Below are positions 24,937 through 38,349 of a DNA stretch of 64,000 nucleotides, one piece after another (position 1 is the stretch's first letter; every line of letters begins with the position of its first letter). Source of the stretch: Anthoceros angustus (lineage: Eukaryota; Plantae; Anthocerotophyta); assembly GCA_010909165.1 (NCBI GenBank), contig VJWM01000288.1, forward strand, positions 1 to 64,000. Reading direction: 5' to 3'. The position numbers were made by a program, and so were the translations under genes. The notes under the pieces were generated by a model. That model did no database searches. It had not been told where the DNA came from and worked only from the letters and a program-made list of their open reading frames with translations.

Positions 24937-25567
24937 GGTGGAGGACGACGCGGGGAGACGGGAGATGGCCGGCGGTCGAAACACCGGCAACGGTCGGTCT
25001 AGGGACCCACACGTGGCAGTATGCAGGGAAAGCTGTGCCTTTGCATTAGCACAGTCTGCACATGCCATGGACTGTGGTAGAGTTAGATTGCTTGACCTTT
25101 GGTCACTTGGGGGGCCTTCAATATCCTCTTCGGAAAATGTTGTCTCCCTAGCCATGTGTGATTGACCCCATTTTTTGACAGCAACGTCCTCTTGTAATCT
25201 TTAACGGGCCCTCTAGTTTGCTCAAGAAGCCAATAATCAGTGTAGCGGAACCAAATGAAGATGCTCCTCTTTATGGAGCATCGTGGGCAAGTGAGAATGA
25301 CCCGTCAGTTGTGGGTGTTTCTTTAAGGGTTAAGGGGACTTCCAATGTGGCTGAGTTCAGCCATCACTTATGCGAGCCTCTCTTTACTGTATGAGCCATG
25401 AAATAACTTCATCTTTCTCAAATCCCAATTCCAATCCGTTGCATGGGCCTAGACCGTGCAAGATACATATGTGGACCGACAACTCTCAATACTAGCAACC
25501 TAGCTGTGGTGATAGGTATTCAAGGGATGATGTGTCACGAGTCCCGAAAACCAGAACAAAGCAATTA

Positions 25568-28500
25568 TTACCTGCCTTGCACCAGGCCACTAAAAATCTG
25601 ACTATTTCCCGCAAGGGAGGCTTCCCATTCTATAGAGGCCAGCATAATCTGCGACAAGGTAAGCACCACCTGCCTCATGTCTGGTCGCATGGATGGGTCT
25701 TCTTCCACGCAAGCCTTAGACAGCATAGCCATCTGCGGGAGAAGAAAAGAAACACCGGGCAGAATAGTCAGCCGTGCTCCACACCAAACGCAGGAAGAGA
25801 AATTTAGCCGTGCTGAAGGAAGGTAGATGACTAACCCTGTAGGCCCCGTCTTTAGGGTAGCTGTCGTTGAGAAGAGGGTCAACAATGGTTTGAAACCTCC
25901 CATGCGCATCTTTGTCCAGGAGCACCGACAACATCTGAGGCGCAGATGCTTTAAAATGTCAGACTGTGTAGCGAGATGTTCGCACAATGTCTAGCGGGAA
26001 GAAGACATACAGAGGCCTCACCAAGGAGATGAGTGAGCGCTTGTCGTTGCCACTCTCGTTGGAGCCACTTCTGGATTTAGAGATGGCTTCGTAGCCTGTC
26101 AGAAGCTCCATGAGCACTACTCCGAAGGCGTATGCATCGCTTTTGGATGTAGCATGGCCATCTCGTACATACCTAAACCCCCAGTATGCGGTCAGAGCAC
26201 CATGACAAGCTACATGCGGTTTGCGCTTAATTGAAGTGAGACAGGCAAGATTGACCTACTCAGGCGCAAGGTAGCCAAATGTTCCAACCACTCGAGTTGT
26301 CAGGCCTTCTCCCCCCTCTCCACTCTGCTCCACCAGCTTGGCGAGTCCAAAGTCTGCTACCTGCACAATTGCAGAAGCCCGACGAATTCTTTAGAATTTC
26401 TCGCTGAGGTACTGTGGGATACAGCACATTCCATGGAGTAGCATCAGCGAAGTCCACCTTGGCCCGGAAATAGCTGTCCAGGAGAATGTTGCTCGTCTTC
26501 ACATCGCGGTGTACGTAGTGTGCCTTTGTGTGCTCATGTATGTATTCGAGTCCTCTAGCAGAATCAACTGCTATCTGCACTCTCTGAGTCCAGCTAAGAG
26601 GAGTGAAACCTGCAACATTGATGAGACGCTCCCACGTTATAAATGCCCTATTCGCATGCAAGACTTGGAAGCTGCTGCAAGACCCTGTAGCCTGTACCTT
26701 TGCTTAAAGGGTTGTGAAGACGGTCACTCAAAGCTCCATTCTCAGCAAACTCATACACCAGGTAGAGATGTTCCTGTCCAGCTGAATAGCCTATCAGCTC
26801 AACCTGTACGAAGCACAGATCATTCAGAGGATCAGGTATAACAATGTCGTAATTCCCCAACGATGACAACCAGACTCCCTAGAAGAGGACAAGCTTTTCT
26901 CACCAGGTTCGTGTGGTGCACTTTGCAGAGAACCTTCAACTCGGCGTAGAACTCCCTAGATTTAGTTGCCTTCATCTGCTTAATAGCCACATCCTAGAGA
27001 ACAGAACATCGCAGCTCAGGTTAGAGAACGTCAATACTAGTTAGAGAAACAGGAGGATCAAGTCACACGCAGGTGTTCACCTGCTGTCTCAGATTGCCAA
27101 AGTAGACAAGACCGAAAGCACCTTGGCCAATCTTCTTGCTCTCATTGAAGTTATCAGTGGCCACGACGACCTCATCGTACGTGAAAACAACTGGCTTCTC
27201 GGAGTCAAACACAATATTAGCCTCTGCAGTTCCACAACGTTGTCAGTTGAGTCCCCTACATTGCAGGGCTGACATGATAGAACAGGAACAGGTACTGAAC
27301 AGACCTTTTGGCAAGGTGATACTGCGCTTGACATTGTTGTTTTTGGCGGTTCCGCTCCGCTTGAGAGGAGCACAGCCAAAGAAGCTTCCAACGCCCCTGA
27401 ATATTCCGCCGCTCTCAATATCTTGAGTGCCAGAGTGGACAGACTGTACAGACTGCACAGACTGGCCAGTGACATTGACATTGCCATCGCTGTAGGCTTT
27501 TCTCAAGAGGCTCTCTGACTTCTTTGACCGAAAGTAAAGTGCAGTTGCAAGCAGTAGAAGAGACAAAACGATGACCACACCAGCGATGCCCAGTGCGATC
27601 CCCAAGGTTGAAGTGGAATTACGTTTGGGCTTCTGTACAGTTGACGGGGATTCTGCATCCAAAGGTTGCTGGATCAGCCCAACCCTGGATCGGAAGACGT
27701 TGGCCTTCCCAAACCGAGAAGTTGAAACCAGGCCTAGGGGACACAAGAAAGAGCTCTAAAGATAATACCTGTGACCGTTGGTCCACCAATGCTTGAAACT
27801 TCGCGGATAATATGATCCCACGTAGTTGCACATTACAGCACACCAACAAAGAGACACAAAGATAAGCCACCGCAGAACCCCAGTGGAAAAACCTGACATC
27901 CAAAAAGAGTCACTCTAGATCAAGAAATATCTACCCAGCAAACACCCAGCGAGATGTCCCAAATGGCTCAAGAAAAGCGAAAGGAAACGAAGAGAAAGTA
28001 GTCACCATTCTTGACCGGTATGTAAATAACTTGGTCTGCGAGGATAAAGTCAGGTCTGACGATGTTGTTGAGAGACTGAATTGCGGAGATATTGCTCCCA
28101 AAAAAGTTGCTGAGCTTGAACAAGGTGTCCTGACTCACAATCTTGTAGGTGACCACAGAAGTGTAAGCATACTGTGCTTCCAGGTCCGGAGGGACACAGC
28201 CACAGCCAAGGTAAAGGATTTGCGGAATTCCTGGTGCAACCTTTGGGTCTTCCGGGGTGAAGACTGCATCGTCGAATCTGGAGGAAATTGACGAATAGTC
28301 CCGATCATCCGAGCTCGCTGTATATGAGATCTGTGAAGTGTACACCTTTGCACTTTGAGAATTGTTGTAACTTCCAGGGAGAGCAGCACACTGACACGTC
28401 AGAGGCACAATGAAGGTCTGCTGAGGAGCAGTATTGGGCACAGAGAGGAGAGTCTGCACAGGAACATTATACAAGGCAGCAATATCCCCGGCTGATTCGT

Positions 28501-28684
28501 TGGCTGCGCTCACGTTGACGGGATGATAAAAGTAAGAGGTGCACACGGAGACGGACTTCGGGGTGGTGCAGTTGAGAGGCGCCACAGGCGGCACTGCAAT
28601 CTGCGACTGAGCCCCGACCCGGAGGAGAGAAAGAAGGTGCGGCAGCAGCAGCAGCAGCAAGCAGTGAATCGTGGGGCCTTCCAT
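25568..28684 (-). CDS. LysM receptor-like kinase, LYK3/EPR3-type clade (multi-exon)
   Basis: Signal peptide [18 protein letters not shown]; CxC motifs LTCQC and LGCGC; Lys[35 protein letters not shown]; [21 protein letters not shown]; kinase [36 protein letters not shown]; C-terminus [22 protein letters not shown]; GT-AG introns. Confidence 0.95.
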
Positions 28685-30629
28685 CACAAATCCTGGCAGC
28701 TCAAACCGCGCATTCCGAAGCTCCGGGCGCTACACTAGAGCGTGGAATCCCCAAATCTACCGGATTCCCCATGCAACCCCCAAGTACGCCGGGACACGCA
28801 AGGCAAATGCCCCAGGCTTGAAAATCCTGGTGAAATGCAGCAACCGAGGAGTGCGTCTGCTGCTACAGAATCCTGATTCGCTGCATCCGTGCTCCAATTC
28901 CACTCCACGAAATCCAAACAAATCCACAAATCGCCGTCCCATACAAAGCGCCTGCCCTCCCCGCGAATCCAGAGAAATCTCGGCCACCCGCCACCCGCCA
29001 CCCGCCACCCGCCGTCACAGCTCAAGTCCCCAGACGCGGATCCAGCTCCTGATGCGAGCACGCTGTGCAGCAGGCAGCGCGCACAAACATCGAGACCCGG
29101 CCCCTGATCTGTGGCCTCTCCTAATTGCCGGACATTCTCCGAGGCAGCACAGCAAGCGTGTCTCCCACGACGCCGTCTGGGCCGAAACACACACCTCACA
29201 ACACCACGCAAAACAATGCCATCTGCGAGCACCTGCGCCGGCCCGCACTCCGCTCCCTGCTCCCTGGCTGCGGCAATCACAGGGATAGAGTGAAAAAGAG
29301 AAACTTGAGGGAGCGAGGCGGGAAAAAAAGGGCAGCAGCAATTGCAGGCACAAGCTGGAGCGGAGGTCTGATAATGGCGGAGTCGGAGGGAGTCGGTTTT
29401 GTCGCCACTCGCCAGGGTGTCTTCCTCGGGAACATTCCGGTTTGCGTTCCCATTTCCAGGAACGAGATAGAATGCGGATATTTTTCCTGAATTTCCTTCA
29501 CGGAGGGCTGGCTCTCCCACATTGATGGCTTCCACGAGCGGAGTCGGGGCCGAGGCCGGGGCCCGGGCTTGGGCTTGGACTTGGGCTTGTACGAGCCTGC
29601 CATGCACCCGGGCTATACGTGCGTGGGCATGGAATCCCTGTGGCCCAGCTCCAACACAGAGATGCACACATAGACCTGCATGAAGCAAAGTGGTAGGCCG
29701 CAGGCATAAGCCATGGTAGGCGAATCGCGATGAAGCAGCAAGCTCCAGCCAGCAACGATTCCGCTGCGATGCGATGCGATGCGATGCGCATCGCGATGCC
29801 ATGGCCCCATGGCCCCATGGCCAGCCAGTCCTGTAGGCTGCCAGCCGTGATCGTGGAGGAGCCACCAAGTGGGCATGGACGAGCCTCGGTGCCGGGGGCC
29901 CCGGGCCCCGGGCCCATTCCCCGGCTGCCGGCCTGAATCCTAAATCCAGCCGCACCGGCCCTGCGCCTGCCGCCGAGTGATAATAGAAGGCGAGCAGTAG
30001 CTTCACGGACCGCACAGCCCATGCGATGAGGCAGCAGGAATGGATTATGGATTAATGTATCGTGCCCGGCCCGACGATTTCGACTTCAAATTTGTTAGAC
30101 GTCTCGCGGGAAGACCTCGCACGAGGGAGTGCGGCATCGGACATCGGATGACTTAATTTCGGGGCGAAGCTCGGGCTTTGGGACTGATGAGAGCTCAGCC
30201 CTGCTGCGGCCTGCACCGCCGCTAATTCTGCACAGTTACTGTCGTCTACTATTTGCTCTCCCTTTCATGTGTCTCGTCCAATTTGCTTGTTTGCTAACCC
30301 GGCTTGGTATAACCCGGAAACAAACCTATTCAAATCTGGTGCATATGTCTCCAAAGATATGTCACACAAATTTCAAAACCCATTTATCACTACGGGATTA
30401 AGATACCATTCTTGGGAGGGAGGAGCGTGGGTAAATAGCCAATCTCTTGCAGCCTTATCTAGCAACATCCTTTATAACGCACATTGTTGAAAATGTACCA
30501 AAACTATCCATATGCACAATATAAAAATTCCTCAATTTCTTAGTTAGGGGTAATAAGTCGCTAAAAACTTCTTGATTAGCTAGGCACCCACTTCAGAATC
30601 CCAAAATCCCATTTGTGACAGCGATGACC

Positions 30630-30985
30630 TGCGAAGGGATTCTAGTTACTGCCCAATGCACTAACTCAAATGGTGATACAACCAAAGTAACTTTTACTCT
30701 TATTATCGACAACAAACAACAGGCTGAGATATTCTAGTGAATCAGTTTGCCTGGATGATTCCCCTTGACTTCAGTAAGGCATTTGATACGGTCCCCCGAT
30801 CACAGCTATGGTAGGCTCTCGACAATCTTGGGGTATCAACAGGGTTAATTAGGGCAATTCAAGTGGCTTACCTTCGAAATGGTATGCAAGACCAAACCCC
30901 TCTGAATTTACGCAAACTGTTCAAATTATTGCGGAAGTAAAACAAGGTTGCCCCTCAAGTCCTCTCCTTTTTTGTCTGTTTCATC
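30630..30985 (+). mobile_element. Non-LTR (LINE) reverse transcriptase remnant
   Basis: LDFSKAFDTVPRSQLW*ALDNLG (~30764-30832) and VKQGCPSSPLLFCLF (~30937-30981). Confidence 0.85.
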
Positions 30986-33328
30986 AGAATTTACAAAAAA
31001 TATCGAAGAGTGCACAGGTATGGAGGACATGTTTCCTAGATTTGTGTAACTAGATAAGAGGGTGTATAATAAACAATTGCTCGGAGTTGCGCTTGCCCTT
31101 TTGAAATCCAGCTTGACATGTGTTGGGTGCTTGAAGATCCATATCTCTCAGATGTAGTTCACAACACTTGCTATAAAGCTTGTATAGTAGTTTTCTTCAT
31201 GATACCACGACGAGAGTCAAACGAAGACAACGAGGAAAACTAGCTTGAAGACACGCCCACCTCATACATCCAGCTTGCGGATGCACCCACCTCACCATCA
31301 ATTATGAGTACTTTTTATTTCCCCGCATATTTGGTTTAAGAGTTCATATATGTCTTGTAATAATACAGTAGCATTCACTAACCATTTATGTCCAAACCAT
31401 TTTTTTTGGGTTGCGTGCATTATACATATTACGTTTTAGCAATAAAAGGTAAGTAGTACATAATATAGTAAATATTAGTCATAATAAGGACAATTATTAC
31501 TCAATACAATAAAGTAAGCATTAGTGTTATCTACTGGAATGTACGCTGATGTACTTCAACAAAATTGTTCACTCTATTCACTCGTTTTTGTCCTGCGGAT
31601 GTTGTTGGGTCATTGGAAACACATGAAGATGCAAAAGCGAAGGGTATTCCTTTTTTATGCTATGTTTCGTGGGCTATTCCAAGAATGCACACTTTCGATG
31701 GTAAAATTAGAAATCATTGAAGTCCATTCCCGAGACCAAGGAAAAGACAAAGGCTGGTGACCTTTGCTGACCTATTATCCAGGGAAGTCGAGCATTTTTA
31801 GAAAGGCATGGTTTCTCGTTTGAAGCCTATACCCTCTTTGGTGGCATCCCTCTCCTTAGAACAGTTGGCGAGATGCTTACATGTAGTCCTATCATCGTAG
31901 TCCATATCCTACCTGAGTGATACTATGAGAATCGTGAAATTGCGAGGGTCCATTTCCAACAGCTTCTACATCAAAATGAGGTCACATGCTTGGAATTGCA
32001 TGAGGCTCAAACAATTCACATCTAGCATGTCGAGCGTGAAGGCGAGCGTACAACAAAGTGTTAGCCGCAAGGTCCTGCACAATCTATGAAAGAAGCCCAA
32101 ACAATTCTGGAGAATTATCAAGGAGTAAAAGGTAGAGAATCCTATTGTCGAAGAGGAGGCCCTTGGTTGGAGTATGCCAGAAGCTTGTTTGAATCTATGA
32201 GACTTCAATGTAGGGTTCCGGTCATCATTGGGGAAAAAGATGACACATGTTATTTCACCGAGGACATGATCATATGAGCTCTGTCGAATCTCCAAGTAGA
32301 AAAGGCAAGTGACGACCGAACACTATAAACAGAATGAGGTGCGGACAATTGCACAGCGATAAGTTGCTAATCAGGATAGGGCCTAACGTCACCCCTTTGT
32401 GCCACTTTCCTAGCCTAGAATTTCGCCTTCCAAACATGTTAAGGTCCATATGTGTCCACCTCTACCACATTACCCGACCTGGCACGAATGTGGTCCCCCA
32501 GAGTAAGCATCAGTTGTGCTTGTTCTAAGTTTGACGACCAGATGCCTTGGATTGACAGAGCCAGTCTGCGCAGGATGCATTTGCAAAGAATAGATCCTGC
32601 AATGGAAGTTCCCAAGGTTGGGAAGAGACCAAGTATACTTCCCAAGGTATGGAAGTACCCTTGGCTTTTTGGCAATTTAATATAACGACGTGCCCCCTTA
32701 TAAAATATAAAATTTTAATTAATTTAAAATAAAAATTTTGACCCATTAAAAAATATAAAGTACGTATGCGAACCGCAATGAGCTCAGGCCATATGCACGT
32801 CCCAACGTCCGATAGACGTATGGGTTATTGCATGTCCGTAACAGGCTAAACGTATAAAAGGCCGTTCCTTTGGATAGACTGTAAAGTCCATCCGGAATGA
32901 GCCCTCAATATCAGAAAATATGTGCATACGCCCATCAACCCCACCCCCGATATAAGGTAAAGAGACCATGCACCCAGAGACAAGGCCCCCGTAATGAAAC
33001 TCATCATGACCCTGATTAGGGGCTCAAGTCCCTCCTCTGAAATACAAATCCCAGATTAGTCTTGGAAAAAGTAACTCCCCATAACCCCTGGATGAGTTCT
33101 TATCAAAAAAATTTTTCACCTCGAATCCGTGGATGAGAAAAAGGAGAAGCTTAGTTTGTGCCTAGAATGTCTAAGCGGCTTTTCCAGGGAGCAGGATCCC
33201 AGATGCTCATTGTCACCTCTCAATCAGTTGCACATGGCACGCACAGGCAACTCCGGACTCCTTATCATGACCCCGCTACTCGGAATTTACCTCTAGTGGT
33301 ACTAAGCTGCTGACAATCTGGGCACTGT

Positions 33329-34855
33329 TTACAGATACTGAATCACTGTTGCTTTCGCTGCAATGAATTTGAAACCATGGCTGCCTCTCTTGTTGATAAA
33401 CTCTGCAAACAGCACACATGTCAAGTTTAATCTGCAAAGAAAATGGCCTTCATCTTGCAACAGAAGGCAACATAAGAAGGGTAGGCGATACGAGCATACG
33501 GATGTCGACAGAGGTTTGGAACAGAAATGACAAGCGTGTATCTGCATGTGGGAGCCTCCTTGAGTGTCAGTATCGCAAGCTCTTCCGCACAGACAAACCT
33601 CACCTGCATCCCCACACGGCCATACATTCAGCATGCAGCCTGATTGCTGAGTCAGCAATGTAGCTCAGACGAAAATGAGAAACATACCTCACTTTGCCTC
33701 AGCTGGCCTGTCACATCGCAGATGGTTCCGTTGGTGAACACATGTGCGTGGTATCTGTCAAAGCAAGTTGCGAACATGGGTCAAACATGCTGGGTTCCTG
33801 TCACTAGACATTACTCCAACAGAGCTCTAGTGAAAGGGAAAACAGGCTCTGGTGTGAGGGTGAGTGCGACATTAGAACCTTTGTGCAGCTATTCGGGAGC
33901 GAGGATCTGGTTGAGTAAACACATCGGATGAGTTCTTCTGCAGAGCAGCTGTCGCCTCTGCATCATACTTCCCTAGAGAGAACTCTACGCTTTTCCCCTA
34001 GACAAGAAAACACACCTCCGTATCAAACCAGGAAGCAACAACAGGTGAGGCTTTGGATACACGAAATCCCCAGCAGCTCGTCTCACTTTGTTGTCCTTAT
34101 CATCGTGATATTGTTTGAAATGTTTTTGGTAGGAGAACTCGTACATCCACCAGCCCTCACTCTGCAGGAAAGACAAGATACATCTGTTTAGGCCATCCTA
34201 AAAGCCAGTCCTCCACGACAGCATCCAGAAAACAGCTGCAATCAGAATCATACCTTCAAAAGGAGCTTGTCCCTTAAAACATCTAAAAGATCGTCAGCAG
34301 TCTTCCTTGTGCTTTTGTGGTCAGTTGGCAACCCAAAGTTGGTGCCATTCTGCTCAGCTTCGGTGGTATGTTGTACCAGAGGCTTCGGCAGTGCACATAA
34401 GAATTTTTGGCCCTCATGGTTTGTCATAACCACAACCTCCTGATCTGATTTCTGCGCCACCGAAACGAAAAGTTGCATCATTATATCCCCGGCAAAAAGG
34501 TCACACATGACTGTGCTGGAGTGTCGTTGTTCGTCAGCATGAACTCCAAAATCAACTGAAGCTGCAGGAATGCGAGCTTGAAGCCAACCGGTACATAGGG
34601 TGAATCAGCTGGATGTATCTCGATGGTATACTTAGGGTCATGAAAGTTGAGAACTTGCTGATTCTCTGCTGCAAAATATTCAGGTCAAAAGAAGGAAGCC
34701 GGAGGTGTTGTAGATGTGTCCGTTGGAAATTCAAATTGAAGTCACAGTCAAACAGGTGGCATACCTTCTGAATTAGGACCAACGCGCTCAGAATTTGCAC
34801 CAGCGAAAGCAACCAGGCACAGTTCCAGCAGCACCAACAAGCACGGCAAGGCCAT
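33329..34855 (-). CDS. OS9: OS9-like ER lectin (MRH domain), multi-exon; 3' end approximate
   Basis: Signal peptide MALPCLLVLLELCLVAFAGA; exons VVMTNHEGQKFLCALP, EGWWMYEFSYQKHFKQYH, EFSLGKYDAEAT, YHAHVFTNGTICDVTGQLRQSE, VRFVC..KEAPTCRYTLVISVPNLCRHP. Confidence 0.9.
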
Positions 34856-37800
34856 CTTTACAATCCTTTCGCGGGCTCCGAGCCTGAGAAACCAGCTTCA
34901 CAAATCATCAGAAGCACGTTAGGCCTGGATAACATGCCAACCGACAACCTCACAACATGCTTCTCCGCTTGCGAGCGCTGGCTAGTCCTCGTTGTCATAA
35001 GTCTTCCAATCGCGAGAGAATCGAAAGCCAGGGTTTAGGTACCGTCACACCTATGAATTACGCCTTAAGTATCCCCATTGTTGCCAGCCTGATCCATGTC
35101 CATGAATTTGACAATGCTCAGGGCTTCACAACGACTTTCTGGACTTAATTTGACCGTCGTAACTTCAAATAAGATTTAGGGTTGCCTAGTCTCGGGCTTC
35201 AAGCCGTCAACGTGCCGCACACTGTGATGACGGATGCTGTGGTTTTCGAACAAGACACGGGGTTCTAGATCGACGGAGAGAGGGCAACGTACGGGTTTTG
35301 TCCTGATGTGGAGCATCTGCCACCTTGCTAACGGATGTTGCACCCTCCTGATTGCTTGCGCTCTCAGGAATGTTGGGGCTCTTACCGGTGCGATTATGTG
35401 ATTCCCTGTGATGCTTGTGAGTTGCCGGGTTCTTGCTGGAAGGATTGTTGAACACCCAATAAGCGATCAAAGGGCCACACGATTTTCTTCAGGACCAAGT
35501 TCGAATCGGCAGCATTCGAGCTCGTGTCTTGAAGAGGCCATCCTGAAGTGTCAGTGCATTCTGTGATTTGCGTTAGTGACGTATGCCTACACCATTTAGT
35601 AGGCTGCTGTCAGGCTGGTTCGCTCGACGCTTTTGTTTGCTCTGCAGGTTGGTCAGCCATAGGTTCAGGAAAGCTGTGGCCGTGAGTGACTAAAGCTTGG
35701 ACACCTGTTGGAAGAGGTTCAGTGTCGAATTGTCAGGATCTGACGAGAGATTCGAAAGCAAGCTTCATATCAGTCGATAGCTGAATAAAGGTATGAAGCA
35801 GGGTCATCACTCGTTGCTCATGAGGGAAAAGCGAGATTTGAACAGCTTGACCATGTCTGTCGCATGCCTGGACAGGAAGTACACAAGAAAGTGCGCTGCC
35901 AGGCTTCAGAGCCAATTCTCTGGAGTTCACAACACATAAAGCGTTGCAGACAACAGCTGGCACACCCGTTAAGGACAAAATACGTAGCAATATCTGAGTT
36001 ATTAGCAAATAGGGTGGCTCCGCCAAGCAAAACATCGCAAGGTTGGACCACATCATGGAATTCGGGGAGATCTCAGGGACACACATATCCTACCAGCAGC
36101 TAGACCACCTTATTTGCTCCGCAACAGGGGGAGCCCAGTCCAAAATGCACGGCCAGTACAGGATAGAATCACGGGACCCAAGATGAGCATGAGAGAGCAA
36201 GAAGGAAAGCAAGACGCGTCTCTAGTCTCAGGTTCTGACAGTCGCACTGACATCACCCTCCTCCTCCAGACTTCATGGCCTAGCTTGCGCTCAGACTGTG
36301 GCCTGCGATTGATTTCGGTGAAAGCCTTGGCAACGTTTTTCAGGTCAGCAAATGATGGACACCGTCAGAGCACTCATTGAGTCTCATGCACTTGGCAGTA
36401 CCAGCTGTGGCTTGCAAGGCTGAACCCAAGTGCTAGCAGAAAAAGAGTAGTTTACTATGCCCGATTAAAAGCTGGATCTGCCCCATATAAAGCTGGAATT
36501 GCGCACATTCAATGAAAGGGCACAAGCAGGATATGAAGTACAGCCACACGAGCGCCACAGTGCGCTCTTAAAAGAACGGAACACAGCTGCTGCTGCTGCC
36601 TGCAGCAGCAGCTTTGCAGCATGGCAGCTACAATCCTGCGCAATACTACAGTATCTCTGTGGACGACCCAGTGCACCCTTCGAGAAGTTCTTTTTATTGC
36701 TGCTTTTCCCCAAAAGTGGGCACTTATTTTGCCGGCCCGTTACCCGTACTGGTTTTCCCGTGAAGGTCCGCATACAGGCACCGTAGGGTAAACTTCCGAG
36801 CTCAGTGAGGCTGCATACAGGCAGAGACCTTGCGAAGTATTGAAGGCTTGAAGAAGGAGAGAACCCAGGAACCACCCCCGTTTCTGGTTTTCCTTACTGA
36901 GACCAATGTTGTTCAAAATGGTGGTAGTAGCTTGGAAGGAATGAACCTTTCAATTCAAAGAAGGAATAAGTACATAGGAAGGTGTCACTGTTGGCCAGCA
37001 ACCGAAGCCACAAAAAGTTCGTGGGAAGCTCACGAAAATAGTCTCCGTGATATCCGATACAGCAGAACCAAGTATGAGCGGGAGATTACCGTACAAGTAC
37101 CTTGGGCTACTGCTTGGCTGGGTTTTTGAGCATTGTCGCACTCCTGACCCTACAGGTGGGGCACTCGAAATCCCAGAAGAGCCTGTACTTATCTCTTCTC
37201 GGAAAGTCTATGTCCGGTGGTCAAGAACGGGAGCAGATGCCCGGTACCAAACAACCATAGAGGTAGTGTTTGACGCATGACTAACGACTGAGCCACATTT
37301 CCTGCGGGGCCATCATTCAGGTCATATACACAAGCTGGAAGATGTGGTTCATGACCTACCTCTGCCCTGAAAAAAATGGGAAACTGGATGAGAAATTTGG
37401 GTGATGCATGAATTGTACCTTCTGCTTTCTTCTTCCGACCCGACGTGGTGGTGGGGAATCTGGATCTGACAGAGGCAAGCCAGAATCTATCCTGGTGAGG
37501 TGGGAATGCTCGAGTTACATACGAGGGCAGCAACGGGTTTCCTGTCAAATTGGTCTTGTTTAAGACGCGAGGTGGAGCAGGGGGACATCTCTGCGGGAAG
37601 GGAGAAGAGACACGGGTTACCGGTACACGAAGGTACCGACAGCGGACAGGAAACCACGATAGACCGGCAGCGGGCGGTTCACACGCACGACGACGTACAC
37701 CTCGACTCTGACACAATTCTCCCCCTCTCCGATGAGGATGCTCTTGTCCCTCGGAGCATGTAGTCCGCAGGAATTTGATTGTCCTGTTAGAGCGCAGAGA

Positions 37801-38349
37801 AAATGATGCTATCCAGCGATGCAGCACAGCTTCATCATCGCATTTGGGGCTGCGGGAGGGATCTGATCCTGGTTTCAACCTAATCTTTGACTCAATTTGC
37901 TCCTTGCCCACATGGAATCCGCAGAAACAACTGCAAGCTTGTGACAACATCCAAGAAGAGACTGGGCACACCTGGAGGACGAGGTCATACAAAAGGGAAA
38001 TTGCGTATGTACGTGCTCCGTTGGTTTCTGTCCTTTATGGCTTCCCCGGTTTGGACAACATCATGTCCATGACCATAAATGCACATATCTGAACTTCCAA
38101 GGGATTCCGATGTCCCACACATAACTTATCCCGAAGAACTGCTCTATATGTAGATATGCAGATCCGGTTAGCCCGCATACGCGAGCTTCCTCGTCCTGAA
38201 AAGGAAGATCCGGAAAGGGCCATAGCCGGCACGAGCCTCGAGCACCTAGGTGATTGTGGTATAAAAGTGTTTAAGGGCTGAAAGATTGAATTGGCCTGCA
38301 CAGGCTATTAACGGCATGTGAGCTTGGCGGGAGTTTGGATCTATGCGCA

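Noticed and set aside
28735-30015. 426-aa minus-strand ORF upstream of the LysM kinase
   Set aside because: GC-rich promoter/leader DNA with microsatellite-derived peptides (HRIASHRIA, QAQVQAQA); no domain.
37075-37115. GRLPYKYLGL resembling a LINE RT C-terminal motif
   Set aside because: No other RT motifs nearby; too short to support.
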